Both the position numbers and the translations under genes were made by a program. This document shows, piece after piece, positions 9,680 through 18,271 of a stretch of 64,000 bases of DNA (position 1 is the first letter of the stretch; every line of letters starts with the position of its first letter). The DNA is taken from contig OY970218.1 in the NCBI GenBank assembly GCA_963713975.1, positions 1,824,001-1,888,000 on the forward strand, in the 5' to 3' direction. A model generated the notes under the pieces. The model had not been told where the DNA came from. It did not search any database and worked only from the letters and a program-made list of their open reading frames with translations. The stretch is from an uncultured Chloroflexia bacterium. Lineage in GTDB: Bacteria > Chloroflexota > Limnocylindria > Limnocylindrales > CSP1-4.

Positions 9680-10540
9680 GTGCGTATCGTCTCCCTGCTG
9701 CCTGCCGCCACCGAGATCGTCCTTGCCCTGGGCCTGGGTGAGGAGCTGGCCGGCGTGACCCACCGCTGCGAGCTTCCCGCGAATGTCGGCGACCCGCCCG
9801 TGTTGACGCGCGCTGGCGGCGATGGAGGCGGCGATCGGCTCGATCGCGATGCACTCCGGCTGAGTGAGCCCGAGCTCGTGCTCGTGGGGCGCAGCGAGGA
9901 TGGCGTGATTGGTGGGCGGCAGGTCGAGGATGTGCTTGCGACGGGCGAGAGCCCGCCGTCCGTGCTCACGATCGCGCCGGTGTCGGTCGAGGGTGTCCTC
10001 AACGGGATCTCGGCCGTCGGCGCCATGACCGAGGCCGAGGACGAGGCGATGGGGGTCGTCGAGGGCCTGCGGGAACGGCTGCAGGCCCTGCAGGAGGTCG
10101 TCGTTGGACGTCGCGACCACGGCTTTCTGCCGCCACGCGTCGTGGTGCTCGAGTCCGTCGTCCCGCCGACTGCCGCGGGCCGCTGGATCCCCGACCAGGT
10201 CCGGCTCGCCGGTGGCTGGGAGCTGCTTGGCCGGGCCGGCGAGCGGTCGCTGCCCACCACGTGGGAGGCCGTCCGCGAGGTCGACCCCGAGGTCCTGGTG
10301 CTCGTGCCCGGGGGCCGGAACCTGCACGCCGCGCTCGAGGCATGGGAAGCGCTCCCGCGACCGGCCGCGTGGTCGGAGCTGCGTGCCGTGCGGGAGGATC
10401 GCGCGTTCGTCGTTGACGGCGGTGCATTCACCGGTCCCGGGCCACGGGTGATCGACGGCATCGAGGTCCTGGCCGAGCTCATCGATCCGGCGGCGTTCGA
10501 CGGGATGGCGCTGCCCGACAGCTGGGCCCGGGCCCGCTGA
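9680..10540 (+). CDS. BtuF/FepB-like periplasmic-binding-fold protein (no signal peptide)
   Basis: RIVSLLPAATEIVLALG, GVTHRC, FTGPGPRVIDGIEVLA. Confidence 0.8.
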   Translation: MRIVSLLPAATEIVLALGLGEELAGVTHRCELPANVGDPPVLTRAGGDGGGDRLDRDALRLSEPELVLVGRSEDGVIGGRQVEDVLATGESPPSVLTIAPVSVEGVLNGISAVGAMTEAEDEAMGVVEGLRERLQALQEVVVGRRDHGFLPPRVVVLESVVPPTAAGRWIPDQVRLAGGWELLGRAGERSLPTTWEAVREVDPEVLVLVPGGRNLHAALEAWEALPRPAAWSELRAVREDRAFVVDGGAFTGPGPRVIDGIEVLAELIDPAAFDGMALPDSWARAR

Positions 10541-10563
10541 TCCCGAAGGTCGATCAGGACACG

Positions 10564-11442
10564 ATGACCTTCCGCGCTCGCTTCGACTGCCTGTGGTGCG
10601 GTGACGCATGGACGACCAGTGGCCCCGAGGATCTCGAGGGGTGGGCCCGACTCTGCCCTGCGTGCCTGGGCCGGGCCGGACAGAACCCGTTCCTGCGGGG
10701 CAGGCTCAGGGCTGGCATGGCGGCTCGCGCGGCTCGCGCGGCGACGGCCGCGTCAGCGCCGCCCGAAGCCACGACCGCACCGGCGCTGCCACTCCCGGCC
10801 GCGGGTCTGGGCGACACGGTGCATACGCCCCCACCGGCCCCGGCGCCGGCCTTCCCGGACGACTGGTTCCTGCGTCGCGGGGCCTTCGAGCGAGGCTCAG
10901 TCCACGACGTCGCCTGGGCGGCCGAGCTGGACATGGTCACCCGCTGGCTCGACGGCCTGGGGCTGACGGGAGCGATCGTCGAGCCGGCGGCCGGGGTCGG
11001 CTTCTTCTCGCCGCTGCTGGCGGAGCGCGGGGACCTCCACGCGTTCGATGCCGACGGTGAGGCGCTCGACCGGGCCCGCGACCGGCTCGTCGCCCACCGG
11101 CTGCGTGCCCACCTGCATGTCGCGGATCCGTGGGCCATCCCGCCCGGCGGGGTCGCGCCGCTCAGCGCGGACGCCGTCGTGGCGGCGTTCCTGCTTGGCC
11201 GCGTCCGGGGTGCGGGCCTGGATCCCGCGGCCGCCTCACTCCATTCGCGCCTGCGGCCCGGGGGAAGGCTGGCCGTCATCGACCTCCGGCCCGATCCTGC
11301 AGGCGGCCCGCCCGCCGGGACCTCGTGGTCGTGGCATGCACCCGACCTGATCGAGGCCGCGCTGCGCCGTGCGGGCTTCCGCGACGTGGACATCACCACG
11401 ACCGGGCGCTTCTTCCTGACGGCCGTCGCGACCGCTCGCTGA
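10564..11442 (+). CDS. Class I SAM-dependent methyltransferase-like protein with N-terminal C4 zinc ribbon
   Basis: CLWC...CPAC; motif I VEPAAGVGFFS; LRPGGRLAVID. Confidence 0.7.
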   Translation: MTFRARFDCLWCGDAWTTSGPEDLEGWARLCPACLGRAGQNPFLRGRLRAGMAARAARAATAASAPPEATTAPALPLPAAGLGDTVHTPPPAPAPAFPDDWFLRRGAFERGSVHDVAWAAELDMVTRWLDGLGLTGAIVEPAAGVGFFSPLLAERGDLHAFDADGEALDRARDRLVAHRLRAHLHVADPWAIPPGGVAPLSADAVVAAFLLGRVRGAGLDPAAASLHSRLRPGGRLAVIDLRPDPAGGPPAGTSWSWHAPDLIEAALRRAGFRDVDITTTGRFFLTAVATAR

Positions 11443-11491
11443 GCACGCGGGCCGCGGGACCCGCAGATCCGCGGTGGTATCCTCCGCCGCG

Positions 11492-12376
11492 ATGTCGCCC
11501 CTCGCTGATCGGACCATTGCAACCGTCGGCTCCGGCGTCATGGCCGAGGCCATGATCGCAGGCCTGCTGCGTGGCAACCTCGTCGCGCCGGACCAGGTGG
11601 TTGCCAGCCATCCACGTGCCGACCGGCGCGCCGCGCTGGCCAGCACACACGGGATCCGCGTCGCTGCCTCCAACGTGGAGGCAGTCGAGCACGCCGACGT
11701 GATCATCCTGGCGGTGAAGCCCCAGATGCTGGCACGGGTGGGTCGCGAGATCGGGCCCAAGCTGCGCCGTGGCCAGCTGGTGCTGTCGGTGCTGGCGGGG
11801 CCCACGACCAGCGTGCTGGTGACGACGCTCGGCCATGACCAGGTCGTCCGTGCGATGCCCAACACCCCGGCCCGGATCGGCAGCGGCATGACCGTCTGGT
11901 ACGCGACGCCGGCCACGACCGGTGACCAGCGCTCCCAGGCGAGGACGCTGTTGGGGGCCCTCGGTGCAGAGCTCGAGGTCGAGGACGAGAAGTGGGTTGC
12001 GATGGCGACCGCCGTCTCGGGCACCGGCCCGGCGTACGTCTTCCTCGTCATGGAGGCACTGATCGACGCGGCGGTGCACCTCGGCTTCCCGCGTCACATC
12101 GCGCACGACCTCGTGATCGAGACGCTCGAGGGCAGCACCCGCTTCGCCAAGCAGTCGGGCGACCATCCGGCGGTGCTTCGCAACATGGTCACCTCGCCCG
12201 CCGGCACCAGCGCCGCCGCGATCCACGAGCTGGAGTCCGGCCGCCTCCGCACCGTCCTGTCCGAGGCGGTCTGGGCCGCGTTCCGGCGCACCGTGGAGTT
12301 GGGCGACCAGATGGAGGCCCAGCTCGCGACCGGCGACAAGCCGAAGAGGAAGCCAGGCGGCGAGACCGGCGCCTGA
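11492..12376 (+). CDS. proC: Pyrroline-5-carboxylate reductase
   Basis: GSGVMAEAM, LAVKPQ, RAMPNTP, SGTGPAY, VTSPAGTS. Confidence 0.95.
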   Translation: MSPLADRTIATVGSGVMAEAMIAGLLRGNLVAPDQVVASHPRADRRAALASTHGIRVAASNVEAVEHADVIILAVKPQMLARVGREIGPKLRRGQLVLSVLAGPTTSVLVTTLGHDQVVRAMPNTPARIGSGMTVWYATPATTGDQRSQARTLLGALGAELEVEDEKWVAMATAVSGTGPAYVFLVMEALIDAAVHLGFPRHIAHDLVIETLEGSTRFAKQSGDHPAVLRNMVTSPAGTSAAAIHELESGRLRTVLSEAVWAAFRRTVELGDQMEAQLATGDKPKRKPGGETGA

Positions 12377-12486
12377 AGTCAGGCGCAGCTGGTCTGGCAG
12401 TCGACCCGAAGGCCCGGACCGCATGGCCCGGAATCTACGGCCGAGCCTCCCTTCCGGCACGCGGCGCTGACGCTATCCTCGCCGGG

Positions 12487-13167
12487 ATGGATACCCACGC
12501 GGCCGACGCCGGCCGTCCCTCGGCGCCCGACAAGGAGGAGCTGCGACTCCTCGTCGACCAGCTCGCCCGCATGCGCGGCATGCTGTTCGGCTACTCGGAA
12601 CGGTTTTTCGAGCGGATCCGGACCTACCTGCTGCTGACGCTGGCGCTGCTCGTCATCGCCGGGGCCCAGGTCTTCCCGGCAGCCGTGATCGCGGTCCCGT
12701 TCCTGGTGCCGTTCGCGTTCCTGGAGACCGGGTACCTCTTCTACTACACGGTGTTCGCGCGTCGACACGCCGAGTACCTCGAGCGGACCATCAACGCCAG
12801 CATGGGGCGTGACGTGCTCGTGGCCCACCGGCTGGAGGCCGCGTACTTCTACCCGCCGGACGCGCCACGGATCGCCGCCATCTCCTTCGGCCGCCCGCTG
12901 GGGATGATGTCCGTGATGACCCTCGGCTACGCCGCCGGTGCGTTCCTGCTGTGGCTGGCGGGCATGCTGGGCGTCATCGACCTGGTGGATGGCGGCGGGG
13001 TCGGCCCGCCGATCGTTGCCAGCTTCCTCGTGCCGGCCGCGCTGCTGTGGACCCTGGCCATCGCCGGGCACCTCGTCTACGCGTCCCTGAGCCGTCGCGA
13101 CGAAGCCCCGCTCATCGCGGAGCTGGACGCCTCCTATGGCGGCCAGCCCGCCGACCCCGCCGACTGA
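12487..13167 (+). CDS. Hypothetical membrane protein
   Basis: MDTHAADAG...; several TM segments; typical codon usage. Confidence 0.7.
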   Translation: MDTHAADAGRPSAPDKEELRLLVDQLARMRGMLFGYSERFFERIRTYLLLTLALLVIAGAQVFPAAVIAVPFLVPFAFLETGYLFYYTVFARRHAEYLERTINASMGRDVLVAHRLEAAYFYPPDAPRIAAISFGRPLGMMSVMTLGYAAGAFLLWLAGMLGVIDLVDGGGVGPPIVASFLVPAALLWTLAIAGHLVYASLSRRDEAPLIAELDASYGGQPADPAD

Positions 13168-13182
13168 CCCCCCGAGGGACCA

Positions 13183-14154
13183 ATGCCCGCCAAGTCCACC
13201 GTAAGCGATGCTGCCGAGCGTGCGATGCGCTCGACGCTCCTGACCCTGTCACATCGCAAGTCGCTGGGGAGGCTGGCCACGCAGGTGCCAATCACCCGGC
13301 CGATGGTTCGCCGCTTTATCTGCGGCGAGACCCTCGACGAGGCACTGCCGGCGATCCGTCGCCTGTACGAGTTGGGCATGGGCACCACGGTGGACGTCCT
13401 GGGCGAATCCGTGACGGCCGAGGCCGACGCCCGCGCCGCCGCGGCCCGCTACGTCGCCGTCCTGGACGCCCTCGCTGCAACGGACCTCGACAGGAACGTG
13501 TCGCTCAAGCCCACCCAGATGGGCCTGGCGATCGACCCGGGGCTCGCCAGAGAGACCATCGGCTCGATCGTGGCCAAGGCCGTCGAGGTCGGGGCGTTCG
13601 TGCGCATCGACATGGAGGACCACACGGCCACGGATCGCACCATCGACCTGTGGCGTGACGTGCGGCCGGCCGACACCAGCGGTGCCGACGTGGGCCTCGT
13701 GATCCAGTCGGCGTTGCGTCGCAGCGACCGGGACGTCGAGGCGATCATCGAGGCCGGTGGCCGCGTGCGCCTGTGCAAGGGTGCGTACAAGGAGCCGGCA
13801 TCGGTCGCCTACCAGGAGAAGGCCGAGGTCGACGAGGCGTACGAGCGCCAGATGCTGCGGCTCATGCGCGCCGGCAGCTACCCGGCGCTGGCGACCCATG
13901 ACGTGCGCCTGATCAAGCGCGCCGTCGAGGTCGCGACAGCCGAGGGGATCGCCCGCGACGCCTTCGAGTTCCAGATGCTCTACGGGGTCCGTCGCGACAT
14001 CCAGGAGCAGCTGGCAGGTGCGGGCTGGCGGGTCCGCACCTACGTGCCGTTCGGCTCGCAGTGGTATCCGTACTTCATGCGCCGCCTGGCCGAGCGGCCC
14101 GCCAACGTCTCGTTCCTGCTCCGGAACCTGTGGCGGGAGCGCGGCCGGGGCTGA
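13183..14154 (+). CDS. Monofunctional proline dehydrogenase
   Basis: RFICGET, SLKPTQMG, RIDME, RLCKGAY, ATHD, EFQMLYG, YFMRRLAERPAN. Confidence 0.95.
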   Translation: MPAKSTVSDAAERAMRSTLLTLSHRKSLGRLATQVPITRPMVRRFICGETLDEALPAIRRLYELGMGTTVDVLGESVTAEADARAAAARYVAVLDALAATDLDRNVSLKPTQMGLAIDPGLARETIGSIVAKAVEVGAFVRIDMEDHTATDRTIDLWRDVRPADTSGADVGLVIQSALRRSDRDVEAIIEAGGRVRLCKGAYKEPASVAYQEKAEVDEAYERQMLRLMRAGSYPALATHDVRLIKRAVEVATAEGIARDAFEFQMLYGVRRDIQEQLAGAGWRVRTYVPFGSQWYPYFMRRLAERPANVSFLLRNLWRERGRG

Positions 14155-14194
14155 GGCGGCGGATCAGCGCGTCCGGGGCCTCCCGGGAATCCAA

Positions 14195-14222
14195 GAGCCG
14201 CCGGGTGGGCCCCCGGCGGCTC
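14195..14222. terminator. Hairpin between convergent genes
   Basis: GAGCCGCCGGG-tgggcc-CCCGGCGGCTC. Confidence 0.55.
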
Positions 14223-14252
14223 AGGCCTCGGCCGTGTGCGAGGTCGATCTGA

Positions 14253-14348
14253 CTACCAGCGCTTGGCCCCGCCGATGACGAACGCGAACGCGGCCATCGT
14301 GCCGAGGAACATGATCGCGCGCTGCGCGGCGTACTTCATGGTCGTCAT
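14253..14348 (-). CDS. Small hydrophobic peptide MTTMKYAAQRAIMFLGTMAAFAFVIGGAKRW (31 aa)
   Basis: AAGGA RBS; GC-rich third codon positions; paralogous C-terminus to 8285-8386; downstream hairpin. Confidence 0.8.
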   Translation of the reverse strand: MTTMKYAAQRAIMFLGTMAAFAFVIGGAKRW

Positions 14349-14515
14349 GTCCGGGTTCCTTCACCTTGCGTTCCGGGGTCGGCATGGGCGCGCCCCTGAG
14401 TCGGAACCCGACGGTAGTCCGCCTTAAGGCGCTCTGGGCATGGCCCCAAGGTACTGGTGCACCCCGGACCCTCGTGGCAGTTGCCACGATGCACCGCCGC
14501 CCTTGGTGCGGCGGT

Positions 14516-15910
14516 TCAGGGCTCCCGGGCCGGGATCCTGAACGAGAACGCACTGCCCTCGCCGGGCATGGACCGGACCTCCAGCTCGCCGCCGTGGGCG
14601 CGCACGATCTGACGAGCGATCGGAAGGCCCAGCCCCGTGCCCCGGGGACCATCCGGCAGCGTGTCCGAAGACTGACGGAACGGCTCGAAGATCCGCTCCA
14701 GGTCTGATGCAGGGATGCCCCGCCCGGTGTCCGCCACGACGACCTGGACGGCGCCGGGGTCCGCTGCCGGGTCCGCGCCGGTGTCCACGGTCACGGTGAC
14801 GGTCCCGCCAGGGGCGAACTTGACCGCGTTGGAGACGAGGTTGACGACCACCTGGACGAGGCGGTCGGCGTCCCCGACCACCTCCGGCAGGCCGTCCTCG
14901 ATGTGGATCGCGAGCGTGACGCCGCTCACCTCGAACAGTGCGGAGGTCGTGGCGAGCGCCCGCCTGACGACCTCCTCGAGCCGGAGCGCGGCCATCCGCC
15001 ATTCGAGACGGCCGGCCTCGATCTTGGCGAGGTCGAGCAGATCGTTGATCAGTCCCGTGAGCCGCTCGCCCTCCTCCACGATGATCGCGAGGTTGTCGCC
15101 CACCTGTCGGGTCGCCCGGTCGACCTTCGGGTCGTCGCGTGGCACGACCGGGATGATCACCTCGTCCAGCCGTCGCCGGTTGAGCTTCGCGAACCCGACC
15201 ACCGAGGTTAGCGGCGTCCGGAGCTCGTGGGAGACGTTGGCGAGGAAGCGGCTCTTGGCCTCGTTGGCCAGCTCGGCGGCCGCCCTCGCCCCCTGGGCCT
15301 CCGTCATCGCCGCCAGGAGGTCCTTCGTGCGCTCGGCGACCCGGGCCTCAAGGGCCCGGTTCTGGGCCTCGAGCTCCACCTTGAGCCGAGCCGATTCCAG
15401 CGCCCCCGCGAGCAGCGATCCCACGGTGTACAGCAACGGGCCGTCGGCGGGCTCCAGGGCCCGGCCATCGCGCGTGTCGTTGACGATGAGGACGCCCACC
15501 ACCCGGCCCTGGGTCACCATCGGCGTGCCCACGAAGGCAGACGAGCCCAGGACGGCCGCGAGACGCCGGTTTGCCTCCCCTCCCTCGCCAGCCGCATCGT
15601 GGAACAGCAGGGGTCCGTCCGCCCGGGCGAGCCGCGCCGGCGCTGCCTGTTCGTCACCCAGGTCAACGACGAGGTCCGCGACCAGCAGCCCCAGGCCCGG
15701 CGGCCCTCCGGCCACTCGACAGCCCCAGATCACGCCCGCCGCCGGATCGACCAGTGCGATGACGCCCCGCTCGAACCCCAGGCCCGCGACGATCTCCGCC
15801 AGGCCCTGCTCTATGAGGCGATCAGGGTCGTGGGTGGAGGCCAGGACGATTCCGATCGCGTTGATGCCCGACAGCTCCGCGAGGCGGCGACGCAGGCGCT
15901 CCTCCAGCAC
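14516..15910 (-). CDS. GAF-domain sensor histidine kinase (soluble)
   Basis: H-box ANVSHELRTPL, N-box NLVSNAVKF, G boxes DTGRGI and GTGLGL; start may be upstream (CTG at 15985). Confidence 0.93.
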   Translation of the reverse strand: MLEERLRRRLAELSGINAIGIVLASTHDPDRLIEQGLAEIVAGLGFERGVIALVDPAAGVIWGCRVAGGPPGLGLLVADLVVDLGDEQAAPARLARADGPLLFHDAAGEGGEANRRLAAVLGSSAFVGTPMVTQGRVVGVLIVNDTRDGRALEPADGPLLYTVGSLLAGALESARLKVELEAQNRALEARVAERTKDLLAAMTEAQGARAAAELANEAKSRFLANVSHELRTPLTSVVGFAKLNRRRLDEVIIPVVPRDDPKVDRATRQVGDNLAIIVEEGERLTGLINDLLDLAKIEAGRLEWRMAALRLEEVVRRALATTSALFEVSGVTLAIHIEDGLPEVVGDADRLVQVVVNLVSNAVKFAPGGTVTVTVDTGADPAADPGAVQVVVADTGRGIPASDLERIFEPFRQSSDTLPDGPRGTGLGLPIARQIVRAHGGELEVRSMPGEGSAFSFRIPAREP

Positions 15911-15981
15911 CGCCGATCGCCCCGCCCGGGCCTCGCGTCGGTCGGTGCGCGCCCCCGCGTCGGACCGGTCCGGCCGGAAGC

Positions 15982-16788
15982 TCAGGGCTCCGCCCCGTCG
16001 CCGGCACCGGCCGCGCTCCCGCCGATGCCCATCGCCCTGCCGATCGCCGGGCCGGCGAGCGCGGCGATCGCCGTCACGACCTTCAGGTCCGCGGAGCGGA
16101 ATGGCCCGCCGGTGGCGGTGGCGCCCACGACGCCCAACGTGATCCCGCCGGCCCGCAGCGGCGCCACCACGATGCTCCCGCCGGCACGCTCGGCGTCCGT
16201 CGCCCGCGCGTCCGTGGCGGCGTCCTCGACCAGCTCCGCGCCACCGGTGGCCGCCGCGGTGCCCACGATGCCCACGCCCACGCGGGCGGTTGCCAGCGGT
16301 CCACCCTCGCCGTCCGAGCCGGCCGCCGCGCGCAGTGTCTCGCCGTCGGCCAGGAGCAGGAACCCGCGCGCGTCGTGGGGGAGGCGCGAGAGCTCGGCGA
16401 CCGCGGTCTGGACCACAGGATCCACGGTGTCGGACCCGCCGATCGTCGCGGCGAGGTCATAGATCAGGGACAGCTCCCGGTAGCGTTCGAGGGCCTCGTT
16501 GGCCAGCGCCCGCTTGTCGCGCTCTCGGGCGGCCGCGTATGCCAGCACGGCAGCGACCCCGCGCGCAGGACGACCACCCTCAACCCAGCCCAGCACCTCG
16601 CCGTCCACGGTGACGTCCTGCCGGACGTCGGGATCCGTGGGTCCCGTACCGGCCGGGCCGCCCCGTTCGAGGATCACGCCACCGGTCGCGTCGCGGATCG
16701 TCACGGCCGCGTCGATCCCGGCGAGCAGGGCCGACACCATCGGCCCAACGTGACGGTGGCGGACGATGAGCCTGCGCAGCTCGCTCAT
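15982..16788 (-). CDS. GAF-domain protein without output domain
   Basis: EALERYRELSLIYDL coiled coil; GIVG..A.TG, SIVVAPLRAGGITLGVV, FRSADLKVV. Confidence 0.8.
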   Translation of the reverse strand: MSELRRLIVRHRHVGPMVSALLAGIDAAVTIRDATGGVILERGGPAGTGPTDPDVRQDVTVDGEVLGWVEGGRPARGVAAVLAYAAARERDKRALANEALERYRELSLIYDLAATIGGSDTVDPVVQTAVAELSRLPHDARGFLLLADGETLRAAAGSDGEGGPLATARVGVGIVGTAAATGGAELVEDAATDARATDAERAGGSIVVAPLRAGGITLGVVGATATGGPFRSADLKVVTAIAALAGPAIGRAMGIGGSAAGAGDGAEP

Positions 16789-17165
16789 GCCGACCCCAGC
16801 ACGCGCCTGGCGAGCGCCAGCAGGGCATCGGGGTCGAAGGGCTTGGTCAGGTAGTCGTCGGCGCCTGCGGCGAGCCCCTCCTCCCGGTCGTGGGCCTGGC
16901 CTTTGGCCGTCAGGAGGACGATGTGCGTGCGTGCGGTCCCGGGGTCGGCCCGGACCGCCCGGCACACTTCGAGGCCGTTGCGCCCCGGCATCATCAGGTC
17001 CAGGAACACCAGGTCCGGGTGCTGGGCGCGGATTGCGGTGAGCGCCTCGTCACCGTTCGCGGCCGTGTACAGCTCGACGCCCTCGTCGAGCAGCTCCTCG
17101 AGCGTCTGCTCGATCAGCAGCCGGATGTGCTGCTCGTCGTCCACGATCAGGATCGTCCGCCCCAT
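16785..17165 (-). CDS. Single-domain response regulator (CheY-like)
   Basis: ILIVDDE, FLDLMMPG, LLTAKG, KPFD. Confidence 0.95.
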   Translation of the reverse strand: MGRTILIVDDEQHIRLLIEQTLEELLDEGVELYTAANGDEALTAIRAQHPDLVFLDLMMPGRNGLEVCRAVRADPGTARTHIVLLTAKGQAHDREEGLAAGADDYLTKPFDPDALLALARRVLGSA

Positions 17166-17254
17166 TGAGCCTCCCTCGTCGCCGCGTGGCCGCCCACGAT
17201 GCCCGAAGGGTGGCGTGCGCGCAAGGCAGCGACCCGGTCGGGCATCATCTGCGC

Positions 17255-18061
17255 ATGACGACCGCACCCGTTCCCCCCGCCACGTCCGCTCCTCCCCGCG
17301 CCAGCCTCCGCCGCCGCGTGCTCGCGGGTGAGCCCACGATCGGCCTGTTCGTGAACCTCGGTTCCATCGTGTCCGCGGAGATCGTGGCCCGGGCCGGGTA
17401 CGACTGGGCCCTGGTCGATCTCGAGCACGGTATGGCCACTCAGGCCGAGCTCCTGGCGCAGCTGGTCGCAATCCAGGCGACGCCGACGGCAGCGGTCGTG
17501 CGCGTGGTCTCGAGCGAGCGGATGCGCGTGGGCCGGATCCTCGACCTGGGTGCCGACGGGCTGATGATCCCGCGCCTGGAGACGGCTGCCGACATGCGCG
17601 AGACGGTGTCCTGGATGCGCTATCCGCCGGCGGGGATCCGCGGCGTGGCGGCAGGGACGCGCGGTGCGGGGTATGCGACCGTGGCCCATCCGGACATCGC
17701 CTCCATCAGCGAGCGGGTGCTGGGCGTGTTCCAGGTGGAGTCGAGGGCGGCGGTGGCCGCAGCCGATGAGCTGGCCGCCATCGACGGCGTGGACGTGCTG
17801 TTCGTCGGCCCTGCAGACCTCAGCCACGAGATGGGCATCCCCGGCGAGTTCGGGCACCCTGCCTTCATCCAGGTGCTGGACCACGTGGCGGCCGTCGCGA
17901 AGGCCCACGGCAAGGCGGCGGGGATGCTGGTCCGCGACGCATCCGAGGTACCTGCCTATCACGCCCGTGGCTTCGGATTCCTCGGGATCGGATCCGACTC
18001 CGGGCTGGTCATGAGCGGCGCCCGCAGCCAGCTCGCCCTGGCCCGCACGGCCCTCCGCTGA
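17255..18061 (+). CDS. HpcH/HpaI aldolase family protein
   Basis: VDLEHG, RYPPAGIRG, QVES, FVGPADLS. Confidence 0.9.
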   Translation: MTTAPVPPATSAPPRASLRRRVLAGEPTIGLFVNLGSIVSAEIVARAGYDWALVDLEHGMATQAELLAQLVAIQATPTAAVVRVVSSERMRVGRILDLGADGLMIPRLETAADMRETVSWMRYPPAGIRGVAAGTRGAGYATVAHPDIASISERVLGVFQVESRAAVAAADELAAIDGVDVLFVGPADLSHEMGIPGEFGHPAFIQVLDHVAAVAKAHGKAAGMLVRDASEVPAYHARGFGFLGIGSDSGLVMSGARSQLALARTALR

Positions 18062-18096
18062 GCCGGCCTTCGGCATTCGGTGCCGCCAGCAAGTCG

Positions 18097-18224
18097 AAGG
18101 ACGATTGCTCGTCACATCTGGATGCCCGGGAGGTGCCGATGCGGTGGCAGAACCGGCGCCCGGTGCATGGATGTCGTCGGGATTTCCTGTTCGCCACCCA
18201 GTGGGGTGACGAGCAGCTGTCCTT
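18097..18224. other. Long imperfect rod-like inverted repeat (candidate ncRNA or MITE remnant)
   Basis: AAGGAC/GTCCTT and TGCTCGTCAC/GTGACGAGCA terminal pairing plus nested inner stems. Confidence 0.45.
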
Positions 18225-18271
18225 TGGTTAAGCGTCAGGAAGGAGGGCCCGGCCGTCCGCGGGCCCGGCCG

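Noticed and set aside
14221-14652. ORF-track 143-aa minus-strand ORF and 63-aa plus-strand ORF
   Set aside because: The 31-aa GAKRW frame has an SD, better codon bias and a paralog; these ORFs have neither
18230-18250. SRP RNA (CAGGAAGGAG resembles the GGAAG loop)
   Set aside because: Flanking helix 8 consensus (CAGGTCCGGAAGGAAGCAGC) is absent
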